Below, piece by piece: positions 49,434-59,233 of a stretch of 64,000 nucleotides of DNA. The stretch comes from Candidatus Hydrogenedentota bacterium (GTDB taxonomy: Bacteria > Hydrogenedentota > Hydrogenedentia > Hydrogenedentales > SLHB01), in the NCBI GenBank assembly GCA_045863335.1, contig BTVY01000035.1, positions 1-64,000 of the forward strand. The letters are read 5' to 3'. The notes beneath the pieces were generated by a model. It ran no database searches. It saw only the letters and a program-made list of their open reading frames with translations, and was not told the DNA's origin. Both the position numbers and the translations under genes were made by a program. The stretch's first letter is position 1, and each line of letters begins with the position of its first letter.

Positions 49434-50825
49434 TCAATGGATACCTTCTTCCACCCACTGCATGGCTGCTTCGGTCATGGCGCGGGGAGCGCTCGCCTGG
49501 AGGCGCGCTGTGGCCTGTTCGTATCCGCCGGTATGCACAGCGCGAGGTGTGACCAGATATCCGAGATAATCATTCGCAAAACCCACGACCATCAGGGGCC
49601 GGTCCTTGGATTGACGCACGCGCTGCTTAATTTCGAGACCGTATTCGACGAAAAGCTCGCCCGGGATTCCGACCAGCACGAGTGGGCCAATCTGCATTAC
49701 GTGGACTGGTGCCCGATCGACGAGCGGCAGTGCGCCGGGACGTTCCTGCGTCAGCGTGGCGATTCGCACCCCCCACTCCGCGGAGTCCAGTTCTTTTTCC
49801 AGCCGGAGGATCGCCGCCGCATTGGTCCCGCGCTGTTTCGCATCAGCCAGTTGGTTCTTCAAGTCATCTCGATTGAGTTCTGCCTCTTTCCGTTCGGGAA
49901 ATACGCGCGGTTCGACTTCCACATCCTCCAGTCGGCTGTACAGAACTTCCATTTCGGACCGGGGTGCCGTTTCCGCCGTCTTGATGACTTCCGCGCCGAG
50001 GACACGGCCCAGCCGCTCGACCTCGAGGTACGGGTCACCGCTCCGATGGACGGTGACATCGCCGCAGGCGCCCTGCGTGAACAGGGCAACGCCTCCAATC
50101 GCATCTTCGACGAACTGTTCGGCGGCGCCGGGGTACTCTCCACAAATGAGCAAGTTTCCGGAACCCAAAACTACCGGGTGGCCAGTGAAATTGAACAGTG
50201 TGGCAATAACGATGCGCGAATCCGCCTCGGCGATTTTCAACACCCCGACTTCGGGATCGACAACCGTATCGTTGTTCTGCTGCCGGTTGCGGGAAAAGTG
50301 CTCGAGCAAACCCGCGCCATAGGAAAGCTGCGCCGGGCGAAGCTCAGCATAAGCCTCGACAATCGCATCCGTTAGCGCGTCTCGCATGAACGCGAACAGC
50401 TCCGGATTGTGGGGGCCGCCAAACAGGGACTGCTCGGAGAACCCCGCGGGAGCGGAATGGTTGTGCGCGGCGGACAAGAGAATATGGTCCGGTTTCAGGG
50501 TTGTACGCGAAGCCGCTGTTTCCCGAACGGCATCCGCCAGATTGCGAGGCATCCAAAGCAGGTCCGTCGTGACGACAGCCACGGCATCGTCCTCCGTCGC
50601 GCACACGAGCGCCCGCGCAAACACCGGCGACTTCACTCCGGTGAACGTATCGGTGCGGTCGAAGAATCCTCCCATGCGAGTCGGGAACGGCGGGACGATA
50701 CTCACTTTTCCTGCGCTAGCCCGCAAGCTGGCGCCGGTCTGCTCGACGGACGTTTCCTGGGCCAGTGAAAAGAAGGTAGCGCCAAAGAGGGCAAGACCGA
50801 AGATGGTGAGCCGGGTGATTGGCAT
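49434..50825 (-). CDS. neutral/alkaline ceramidase-like secreted hydrolase
   Basis: ARALV, SAAHNHSAP, NFTGHP, QGACGD, IPGELF, FANDYLGYL...GGYE. Confidence 0.82.
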   Translation of the reverse strand: MPITRLTIFGLALFGATFFSLAQETSVEQTGASLRASAGKVSIVPPFPTRMGGFFDRTDTFTGVKSPVFARALVCATEDDAVAVVTTDLLWMPRNLADAVRETAASRTTLKPDHILLSAAHNHSAPAGFSEQSLFGGPHNPELFAFMRDALTDAIVEAYAELRPAQLSYGAGLLEHFSRNRQQNNDTVVDPEVGVLKIAEADSRIVIATLFNFTGHPVVLGSGNLLICGEYPGAAEQFVEDAIGGVALFTQGACGDVTVHRSGDPYLEVERLGRVLGAEVIKTAETAPRSEMEVLYSRLEDVEVEPRVFPERKEAELNRDDLKNQLADAKQRGTNAAAILRLEKELDSAEWGVRIATLTQERPGALPLVDRAPVHVMQIGPLVLVGIPGELFVEYGLEIKQRVRQSKDRPLMVVGFANDYLGYLVTPRAVHTGGYEQATARLQASAPRAMTEAAMQWVEEGIH

Positions 50826-50956
50826 GATCGTTCACTCCTATTGCGGCGGGCCACGTTGCAACTCTACGCCGGGAGCGTGCATTCATCAAGTCCTTTCGCT
50901 CCGGTAGACGAACGCCTTGAACGAACGGGGCGGGATTGGGGAAGCGGGAGTCGCTC

Positions 50957-50985
50957 TTGACTAAATCATTCGTTTAATCTATTTT
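50957..50985 (+). promoter_or_regulatory. sigma70 promoter with overlapping TetR-type operator; leaderless transcript likely
   Basis: TTGACT-N17-TATTTT with the ATG 7 nt downstream; imperfect palindrome TAAATCATTCGTTTA between the boxes. Confidence 0.65.
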
Positions 50986-50991
50986 AGTCGT

Positions 50992-51708
50992 ATGAATAAA
51001 CCATTGGAGCGCAAAAGACCCGGCGAGGCTACCCGGTCTCGCATTCTCGATGCGGCGGAACTCCTGTTCACGACGCACGGCTACGATGGCACGTCCACCA
51101 GGGCCATTGCCGATGCGGCACCGGCGAACATCGGCCTCCTTGCTTACTATTTTGGTTCCAAGGAAGGCCTATTCCGAGCCGTAGTCGCCCGCTGGGTCGA
51201 GAAGACCATGGATTATTTTAATCAATCGATCAATAAGAATACCGATACCGCGCAATCCCTTGGCGATCTCTTGAAATGTTTGGCCCAGATTTCCCAGCCC
51301 GTCATGGCGTTGGCCGTCCGGGAATCGCTCGTCTGCGCCCACACACCGGTGTCCCAAGCCGTGACGTCGCTTCTGGAGGCTCCTCGGCTGCATATTCAGG
51401 AGCTTATCGCTGCGGGAATCCAACAGGGGCGATTCAAACCCGTTGACAGCGGTGCGTTCTATCGCGCAGCCATGGGCGCGTTGGCGACCGCCAGCACAGC
51501 GTCAACCCCGACGGGGGGGCTCGTTCAGAACAGCGCGATAGATTTTGCGGTTGAACTCCTCGTCGCGGGGATTCGACTCGATGCGACGGGCCCGCTAACG
51601 GCCACCCCAGCGGCGGATGGTGGGCGATCAGGGTCTGGGAGCGGACATTCAACGGCGACATCGCCGGAGGAGGACGAAGACCCCTTCGAAATCGGGATGA
51701 TAGATTGA
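50992..51708 (+). CDS. TetR/AcrR family transcriptional regulator
   Basis: TRSRILDAAELLF...GYDGTS.RAIA......LAYYFGSKEGL. Confidence 0.92.
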   Translation: MNKPLERKRPGEATRSRILDAAELLFTTHGYDGTSTRAIADAAPANIGLLAYYFGSKEGLFRAVVARWVEKTMDYFNQSINKNTDTAQSLGDLLKCLAQISQPVMALAVRESLVCAHTPVSQAVTSLLEAPRLHIQELIAAGIQQGRFKPVDSGAFYRAAMGALATASTASTPTGGLVQNSAIDFAVELLVAGIRLDATGPLTATPAADGGRSGSGSGHSTATSPEEDEDPFEIGMID

Positions 51709-52014
51709 TTGGACGAGGCACCCTGCAGTTGGCGGCCATGCGCTTTCGCGCAGTCGCAACAGATTTCGCTTGTGCGGTGATGTTGTGACCGGCATGGCAT
51801 AGCTCCCCTGGCGAGGCACCTCGCGGGGCACCTCGCGGGGCAGGAGGAAAAAATTTCCCCATACGTCTTGCGTGAACGGGGTCAACATGGTACGATAACA
51901 CAAGTTATGATAACCAACCCAACCTGAGCCCTACATATTGTGGATGTGCTTCCACAACGCCGGCGAATGAGGGGTAAGGATCCGGTTCCATTTCTTGCGG
52001 AGTGTGCAGCGGCG

Positions 52015-55000
52015 ATGTCAGATGATCGACCGGATAACCCGGAACAGACGTTCCCCACGCGCGACACTGATCCGCTCATCGGTCAGGACGAATTGGACCG
52101 CGCCATCGCTGCGGCGCGCGAGGCTGCTCGAAAACACCGCGCTGAGATCAGATCACCCGAACCTGCTGACATGCAGGAAGTGGTATCTCCCCCCACGATT
52201 TCAGAGCCGCTGCCGCCGGACCGAGGAATTCTCAACCAGGAGGAATTGAACGACGCCATTCGGCGGCATAGTCACGCACAATCGGCCGCCGCTACGCCTC
52301 CAGCGGCGATCGACCTGGAGACGCAGGAACTGGATGCGGCTGGGGTGATCGACCCCCCGGAAGCGGTGGGCCAGGATGAGATCGATCGGATGCTCGCGGC
52401 CATCGGCAACAGCGAGCTTCTGGGCGGGGCACAGGATACGCGCGAACCCGCGGGTGTGGATCGATTCGATTCGGCAACTGGCGAAGCGCCGGATGTGCCC
52501 GCCGATCGTGGCAGAACCATGGTCACCCAGGACGAGTTGGACCGCGCGCTCGCGGCGAGTCGGGATGCCGTTGCAGAAGCGCGCGCCGAAGCCCAATCCG
52601 TCCCGAAGGAACCGGCAAGGTTCGCAACCGCGCCACCGCCCGAAGTTCCAGCGAGGCCGCTTCCGGCCGACCTTGGCCCGATCAGTCAGGTGGAGCTGGA
52701 TCACGCAGTCGCCGCGCACGACAAAAGCAAAACTCCCGTGGTGGATTCCACCCCCAAGCTGAAGGAAGACGGGACGGCGGAAACTAATTCCGTGACCCAG
52801 GACGAAAGCGACCGAATACTTCGCGCAGCACAGGAGCAGGAACCCCTGGAATCGCCGGTGGACTCGTCCGGAGTGGGGTCCATTAGTCAGGCGGAGATTG
52901 ACGAGGTACTCAAGGCCGACGCCGGGAATGAGGTTGAGGTTGCTCCGCCGGAAAACGGACCCGACGACTTCGGTCAAGTGGATCAGGACGCGATTGACCG
53001 GCTGATTCGGCAGGCGACCGGCGAGGTCACCGCGAAACACGAAGCGCAATCTCCGCCGTTGAAGCCGGCGCAGGAGACCGGGCCGGACGAATCGCCGCAA
53101 GAGCCCCAGAAGCCCGCGGATTCCCATGAGGATGTGCCGGCAACGGAGAATCGCGCGGAAGCGGTAGAGCCGGATCGAGAATCCGAAGCCGGAAGCGCAG
53201 ACAAAGGCACGTTGGGACAGGACGACATCGACAGTCTCCTGGCTGCGATGTCCGGCTCCGCTCCGGCCGTGAAAGGGCCTGCCGAAGAGGATGAGCCGCC
53301 GGTCGACGAATCGGTGGAACTCGATGCCGGCACTTCTCCGGCGCCGGAGGTGGAGGCCGAAGACGAGGAGCAACTCGGGCAGGCGGAGCTTGATGAACTG
53401 CTCGCGGCCTTCTCAACCGAAGATACGCTCGTGAATCAGGGCCTGGACGATCGCCTTACCGAAAGCGATGCTGCCGATACTGGCGACATGGATGCGGAGG
53501 CCGCGCCGCCGCCCGAGCCGCTCGATGAGACGGCTGTGGAAGCGGAACCGGACGTCGAGGATCCGGTCGCCCGGGCAGAGCGCGGCGCGGCGGAGTCGCA
53601 GGTGGGATCGGAGAACCTGGCGGCTGCAGTCCCGGAAGCGGACGATTTGATCGAGTCCATTATCGGTGGCACGGGAGCAAAAGCCGCACCAAGTGTTTCC
53701 GAAAAGCAGGATGACGCGGTTGACCTCGCGATCCCGTCCACCGAAGAACTTGACGCGACTATCGCAGAGGGCGCGCCTGTTGCGCCATCAAGCCGTGACG
53801 ACATGGTGGTGCAACTCGGCGACGAAGAACTGAACGAGGTTGACGTACAGTCCCGCGGCCCGGAGACGGGCGACTACGAAGCTACGCCGCCGCGGAAGGA
53901 TTTCCGCCGATCGATTCTGAAAGACCTTCGCTCACGGTTGGGCAAGGGCGCCGATTCGGGGTCGCTCAAAACGTGGAGTTCCCTTGCCGCGGGAATTCTG
54001 TGCGCCATAGGAACCTTCCTGTTTCTCCAGGCAAACCAGCACCGGTTGCCCGACCTGAGCCTCTTGCCTGCGGAGCAGTACAGCGATCTCTCCGCGGTGT
54101 TACGCAACGCCCGGCAGTTGATCGACATGGAGGAGTATCAGGAAGCGGAATCGTTGCTCGAGCCGATCGTGAAGAGCCGCGCGCCAAGTCCGCAACTTGC
54201 CGAGCTTCAGTATCTCTACATCGAGGCGCAGTACCGCCAGTTGCCCACCCACATCACGGATCGCGAGGCGGAGTCGATGCACCGCGCCATTGACGAACTC
54301 ATCGCCCTGGCGCCAACGTTCCAGGGCAACCCGGACCTGTTGCGCTGGAAGGCGGGGCTCTACGAGCGGAGCGGCGCCTTGGCCGCGGCGCTCAGCACCT
54401 ACCGCGGTCTCATGACCGAATACCTCGATCAGCAACGCGGCGACGAGACGCTGATCCGCGCCGCACGGCTCGCCGGCGAGATGAAGCGCCCTGAAGAATC
54501 TCAGGAGTTTCTGGTGCGGCTGCTGCAACGCTTCCCAGCGTCAGCCTACGCGCCGGAAGCGAAGCTCCTGCTGGGCGATGCGCAGCGCGACGCCGGCAAG
54601 GTGGAGGATGCGCGAAAACTGTACACGCAGGTGGCGCTGAGTCAGGACTTCAGCCCGGTCGGCGCGGAAGCCACGGCCCGGCTCGCGCAACTGGAGATCG
54701 ATCAGGGCCAGCATGCGCAAGCCATCGAGGGTCTCGAACGGCGGCTGGAAACCGCAACGACGGTCGAAGGAAACGATGCCATCTATCTCTTGCTGGCGAA
54801 GGCATACCGGGCAAGTGGCGATCCGGCAAAGGCCGAAACCATTCTGCGCGAACTCATCAGTTTTTTCCCGGAGTCGCCCCATACCGCGGAAGCGTTCGTC
54901 GAACTGAGCCAAACACTGGACGACATCGGCAATCGCCGCGAAGCGTTGCGGATCGCGTCGCATGCCTCGCAACGGTTTCCCGAGAATTCGGCCGTGCTCA

Positions 55001-56049
55001 TCAACGAGGGCGAACTGCAACAGCGGGAAGGCAACGATGCCGGCGCAGCGCAAATCTTCTTGGACGCGGTGGAAGCGGGAAGCGGTAGTCCCGCCACGCT
55101 GCTCGCCGCCGGGCACGCCTTCGCACGGGTGAACGAACTCGCGAAAGCGCGGAAGACGTTCGACCGTTTGATAACCGAGTTTCCGACGACGCCGGAAGCG
55201 TTCGATGGCAGCATCGCGCTGGCTCAAGTGTTGCAGAAGCAGGGCCAGTCGCAAGCCGCGCTGGAACGTCTGACGAACCTGGCCGAGGCGTCCGCGGGAC
55301 GGCCGCAACAGATCGCGCTGCTTCAAGCCTTGGGCGATCTCTACAGTGAACTCGGGTTTCGCGATCGCGCCGCCGAACAGTACGAGGCCGTCGCGGCGAT
55401 TACAAACGACGACACGGCGCTCGCGAAATCGGCAACGGCATTGATTGACGCCGGAGAAGCCGGACCGGGAATGGCGGTCGCGCGCCGCGTCGACGCGTCG
55501 GCGTTGGCGCCGGATACGGCCTACGATTTCCTGACCAGTTACGCAAAGGTGCTGCTCCAGATGGATACCGCGCTCGCGCTCGAAAAAATGGAACAGGCTT
55601 ACAACGCGTACCCCGATCAACGCACGGAAGAAGGCGACCGCGATTTGCTCAACGCCTATCTCGTAACGGGACAGACCGCGCGCGCGAGGGCGTTGGTCAT
55701 GGATCTGTCGGGGTACGCGCGCGAGAATCCTGGAACAGGTCCGCGCCTTCAGCGCACCGCCATTCAGTGGGCGGATGCGCTCTACTCACGAGGCGACTTT
55801 ACAGCGTCCGTCGAGGGCTACGCCCTTGCCGTCGAAGCCGACCCCGATGGAGCGGATGCTGCGTGGGCACGCTTCCAACAGGCGAACGCGTTGATGGAAC
55901 TCAACGAGTACGGCACGAGCCTTGAGCTTCTGGATGCTGTCGCGGAAAGCTCCGCGCCGTACGCGGAAGACGCGCGACTGAAAGCCGAGTACGCGCGACT
56001 GGAGCAACGCTTGCGCGGAGAACGGCCGCAGCCGCAGTTGGGAGGATAG
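52015..56049 (+). CDS. large single-TM TPR protein with an acidic N-terminal arm carrying about 10 QxE(I/L)D repeats
   Basis: About 650-aa acidic, Pro-rich region with repeated helical motifs; TM at about 53974-54030; about 650 aa of TPRs (FPESP, FPAS, YPD turns); GCGGAG RBS before ATG 52015. Confidence 0.85.
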   Translation: MSDDRPDNPEQTFPTRDTDPLIGQDELDRAIAAAREAARKHRAEIRSPEPADMQEVVSPPTISEPLPPDRGILNQEELNDAIRRHSHAQSAAATPPAAIDLETQELDAAGVIDPPEAVGQDEIDRMLAAIGNSELLGGAQDTREPAGVDRFDSATGEAPDVPADRGRTMVTQDELDRALAASRDAVAEARAEAQSVPKEPARFATAPPPEVPARPLPADLGPISQVELDHAVAAHDKSKTPVVDSTPKLKEDGTAETNSVTQDESDRILRAAQEQEPLESPVDSSGVGSISQAEIDEVLKADAGNEVEVAPPENGPDDFGQVDQDAIDRLIRQATGEVTAKHEAQSPPLKPAQETGPDESPQEPQKPADSHEDVPATENRAEAVEPDRESEAGSADKGTLGQDDIDSLLAAMSGSAPAVKGPAEEDEPPVDESVELDAGTSPAPEVEAEDEEQLGQAELDELLAAFSTEDTLVNQGLDDRLTESDAADTGDMDAEAAPPPEPLDETAVEAEPDVEDPVARAERGAAESQVGSENLAAAVPEADDLIESIIGGTGAKAAPSVSEKQDDAVDLAIPSTEELDATIAEGAPVAPSSRDDMVVQLGDEELNEVDVQSRGPETGDYEATPPRKDFRRSILKDLRSRLGKGADSGSLKTWSSLAAGILCAIGTFLFLQANQHRLPDLSLLPAEQYSDLSAVLRNARQLIDMEEYQEAESLLEPIVKSRAPSPQLAELQYLYIEAQYRQLPTHITDREAESMHRAIDELIALAPTFQGNPDLLRWKAGLYERSGALAAALSTYRGLMTEYLDQQRGDETLIRAARLAGEMKRPEESQEFLVRLLQRFPASAYAPEAKLLLGDAQRDAGKVEDARKLYTQVALSQDFSPVGAEATARLAQLEIDQGQHAQAIEGLERRLETATTVEGNDAIYLLLAKAYRASGDPAKAETILRELISFFPESPHTAEAFVELSQTLDDIGNRREALRIASHASQRFPENSAVLINEGELQQREGNDAGAAQIFLDAVEAGSGSPATLLAAGHAFARVNELAKARKTFDRLITEFPTTPEAFDGSIALAQVLQKQGQSQAALERLTNLAEASAGRPQQIALLQALGDLYSELGFRDRAAEQYEAVAAITNDDTALAKSATALIDAGEAGPGMAVARRVDASALAPDTAYDFLTSYAKVLLQMDTALALEKMEQAYNAYPDQRTEEGDRDLLNAYLVTGQTARARALVMDLSGYARENPGTGPRLQRTAIQWADALYSRGDFTASVEGYALAVEADPDGADAAWARFQQANALMELNEYGTSLELLDAVAESSAPYAEDARLKAEYARLEQRLRGERPQPQLGG

Positions 56050-56055
56050 ATCCCG

Positions 56056-56496
56056 TTGGCGCGCGAGGACAATATCGTGGATCGGCTGGTCAATTTCTTC
56101 GATCGGCAGATCGCCTTGTATGAGGAAATGCTCAAGGCTGGCGATACCCGGGCGACGGACATCGAGGCCGATGACTTGAACGCGCTGGCGGTACAACAGG
56201 AAGCATTCAGCCGCCGCGCTAAACAGCTTGAAGAAGAACTTGGGATTCTGTCGCGCGAGTGGGAGCGCGCCGAAGGCGTCACCGATGCGGAGCGACAGCA
56301 TGTCGGTGGATTGGCGCGTCACGCCGAAGCGATGGCAAAGCGGTTGGAAGCGATCGCAAACAATGCCGCAGCACAAGCCCAAACGCGAATGCATACCATC
56401 AAGCGTGAATTGGACGGGCTCCGGCGAGGCCAGCAATCCTTAACGAAATACCGTAGCGGAGACGACGACTCCGGCTATCTCGACACGAAGGCGTAA
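56056..56496 (+). CDS. FlgN/FliT-like flagellar export chaperone
   Basis: Helical bundle, Q..LY.E.L, D...L, C-terminal KY...YLDTKA tail typical of FlgN-like proteins; lies upstream of a FleS/FleR-like pair. Confidence 0.55.
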   Translation: MAREDNIVDRLVNFFDRQIALYEEMLKAGDTRATDIEADDLNALAVQQEAFSRRAKQLEEELGILSREWERAEGVTDAERQHVGGLARHAEAMAKRLEAIANNAAAQAQTRMHTIKRELDGLRRGQQSLTKYRSGDDDSGYLDTKA

Positions 56497-56503
56497 ACCA
56501 GTC

Positions 56504-57664
56504 ATGGCGGATGCAATGCCCAACCAGGACATGGACATCAAGGCGCTGGCCGAGGCGTTTGAAGCGTTCAACCGTACGACGCAGACGATGGAGGAGTCGT
56601 ACCGGCGCTTGGAAACGCGTCTTCAGGAATTGGACCGGGAACTGGAAACGCGCAACCGCGAACTCGCGCTGACCAGCGATTACCTCAATTCGATCATGGA
56701 AAGTATGTCGGACGGCGTGATTGCCGTCGATACCGGCGAACGCATCACGACCTTTAACGGGGCGGCGAGCCAGGTGTTGGGGTTTCAGGCGGGCGATGTG
56801 GTCGGCAGCTATTTCCGCGACGTGTTCGGACGGGAGTTCTCCGCCACCGACGGCCGCGCGCTGCTCGAGTTGCGGGCCCAGGACGGGCACACGGTGCAAG
56901 TCATCGAGCGGGATTCTCCGCTCTTCGGCCGGAATGGCGCGCGAATCGGCGCGGTCAAGGTCTTCCAGGATCAAACCGAACTTGAAGCCCTTCGTTCGAA
57001 GATGCGGCAACAGGATCGGCTCGCGGCCATCGGCGAGATGGCCGCAACGGTGGCGCATGAAATCCGCAATCCGTTGGGCGGCATTCGCGGTTTTGCCTCG
57101 CTGTTGGCGCGCGATCTCGATGAGGAGGATCCCCGGCGGCGGCTGGTGGACAAGATTCAAATCGGCGCGCGGGAACTGGAGCGCGTCGTAAGCGAGTTGC
57201 TCGAATACACGCGGCCGCTTCAACTGCAGTTGCGCACGGTATCCTGCGCCGAACTCGTCGATGGCACGCTCGGCTATGTGGAACTGGGGAATCGCCCGGT
57301 GCAGATCAAGAACGGCATCGCCAAAAACCTGCAAGCCTCAGTCGACCCGGAGAAAATCCGGCAAGTCTTTCTCAACATCATTCTGAACGCGGTACAAAGC
57401 ATCGACGGTGCTGGAGAAGTGCACATCACCGCCGAGTCCAGAGATGCCCTGATCGCCGTCGCGTTCAAAGATACGGGATGCGGCATGTCACCGGAGCAAT
57501 TGACACAGGTGTTCTCGCCCTTCTTCACGACCAAGGAAAAAGGTACGGGGCTCGGTCTGGCGGTCGCCTCAAAGATCGTGGAAGCACACAACGGTTTCAT
57601 CAACGTAGAGAGCAATCCGGGAGAAGGGTCGACGTTCTACGTGCACCTTCCCCGCGCGGAGTAA
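56504..57664 (+). CDS. cytoplasmic PAS histidine kinase (FleS/FlgS-like)
   Basis: N-terminal L.EAF..FN.....E.SY..L coiled coil typical of FleS, PAS domain, AHEIRNPLGG, N box, FFTTKEKGTGLGL. Confidence 0.88.
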   Translation: MADAMPNQDMDIKALAEAFEAFNRTTQTMEESYRRLETRLQELDRELETRNRELALTSDYLNSIMESMSDGVIAVDTGERITTFNGAASQVLGFQAGDVVGSYFRDVFGREFSATDGRALLELRAQDGHTVQVIERDSPLFGRNGARIGAVKVFQDQTELEALRSKMRQQDRLAAIGEMAATVAHEIRNPLGGIRGFASLLARDLDEEDPRRRLVDKIQIGARELERVVSELLEYTRPLQLQLRTVSCAELVDGTLGYVELGNRPVQIKNGIAKNLQASVDPEKIRQVFLNIILNAVQSIDGAGEVHITAESRDALIAVAFKDTGCGMSPEQLTQVFSPFFTTKEKGTGLGLAVASKIVEAHNGFINVESNPGEGSTFYVHLPRAE

Positions 57665-57666
57665 GT

Positions 57667-59019
57667 ATGGCGAGAGCACATGTCCTCGTGATTGACGACG
57701 AAAACCTCATGCGTGAATACGTGGAGGAAGCTTTGACGCGCGCCGGCCACGAAGTCAAAGGCGCCGGCAGCGGACGCGAAGGCATCGAACTGCTCGAGAA
57801 GAACGTGTTTGATGTGGTCGTGTCGGATCTGAAGATGGCGCCCGTCGATGGCTTCGAAGTGCTTCGTCAAGTTCGCGCCCATAGCCCCGGGACGCCCTGC
57901 ATCATCATGACGGCGTACGCCACGGTGGAAACCGCCATCGAGGCGTTGCGCGAAGGCGCCTACGACTACATCATGAAGCCCTTCTCACCGGATGAGCTGG
58001 AGTTGGCAGTCAATCGCGCCATTGAACGTGAACGCATGGCCCTCGAGAACCGCTACCTGCGCGATGAACTCAATCAACGCTACGATTTCGCGTCCATGGT
58101 CGGCGAGAGCAAGGCCATGCGCGAGGTCTACGAGCAGATCAAGAAGGTGGCGGACAGCCGGGCTACGGTGCTCATCCGCGGCGAGAGCGGAACCGGGAAG
58201 GAACTCGTCGCGCGGGCGATTCACTACTCGGGCGTTCGCAAAGACCAGCCTTTCATCAAGGTGAACTGCGCGGCCCTCTCCGCAGGGCTGCTCGAAAGCG
58301 AGTTGTTCGGCCACGAGAAGGGCTCCTTCACCGGCGCGCACGACCGCAAGATCGGGCGATTCGAACTTGCCGACACGGGCACCCTGCTCCTCGACGAAGT
58401 CAGCGAAATCAGTATGGAGCTGCAACCGAAGCTGCTCCGGGCACTGCAGGAGCGGGAGTTCGAACGCGTCGGCGGCACGCATCCCATCCAGGTGGACACG
58501 CGGATCATCTGCACCTCGAACCGCAACCTGGAAGAAGCCGTCGAGAAAGGAGAGATTCGCGAAGACCTCTTCTTCCGGCTGAACGTCATCCCCGTGATCC
58601 TGCCGCCCTTGCGGGATCGAAAAGAAGACATCCCCGCGCTGATGGATTATTTCCTGGAGCGCTTCGTGAAGGAAAACGCGCGTTCCATCAACGGGTTCAG
58701 CGAAGCGGCGCGAGCGTTGTTTATGGAATACCCGTGGCCGGGCAACGTGCGCGAACTGCAGAACGCCATCGAGCGGGCTGTCGTGTTGTCCTCGGACCGC
58801 ACGCTTGAACCCAAGCATTTCAATCTCCATCAAGCCATCGGTGCGAAAACCGGGGGCAACGGCGCGGGGCTGCGTCCCGGAAAGACCGTCGCCGAAATGG
58901 AAAAGGAACTCATCCTCCAAACCCTCGAACACTGCAATCAAAACCGCACCCACGCCGCCGACATGCTCGGCATCAGCGTCAGGACCCTTCGGAACAAACT
59001 AAAGGAGTATTTCGGCTAG
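57667..59019 (+). CDS. sigma54-dependent NtrC-family response regulator (FleR/FlgR-like)
   Basis: Receiver domain, GESGTGKE, ESELFGHEKGSFTGA, LLLDE, WPGNVREL, NRTHAADMLGISVRTLRNKL. Confidence 0.92.
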   Translation: MARAHVLVIDDENLMREYVEEALTRAGHEVKGAGSGREGIELLEKNVFDVVVSDLKMAPVDGFEVLRQVRAHSPGTPCIIMTAYATVETAIEALREGAYDYIMKPFSPDELELAVNRAIERERMALENRYLRDELNQRYDFASMVGESKAMREVYEQIKKVADSRATVLIRGESGTGKELVARAIHYSGVRKDQPFIKVNCAALSAGLLESELFGHEKGSFTGAHDRKIGRFELADTGTLLLDEVSEISMELQPKLLRALQEREFERVGGTHPIQVDTRIICTSNRNLEEAVEKGEIREDLFFRLNVIPVILPPLRDRKEDIPALMDYFLERFVKENARSINGFSEAARALFMEYPWPGNVRELQNAIERAVVLSSDRTLEPKHFNLHQAIGAKTGGNGAGLRPGKTVAEMEKELILQTLEHCNQNRTHAADMLGISVRTLRNKLKEYFG

Positions 59020-59233
59020 GGCCTGGAATGAATGGCTGCGCCCCTCCGTGCTATACTCTTGTTCCCGGCGTTTCTGAGGCGAAACCTTGCACGCCCGAAC
59101 GAAGTACTTCCTGAAGCGCCGGTAACGATCGCAAGGTCAACCGCGCACCTGCGCTTATACGATTACGGACGTGACCGCCAGCGGGATGAATCTACTCTCC
59201 GCTGCTATCCCCGTCGACAGGTACTGACGAGCC

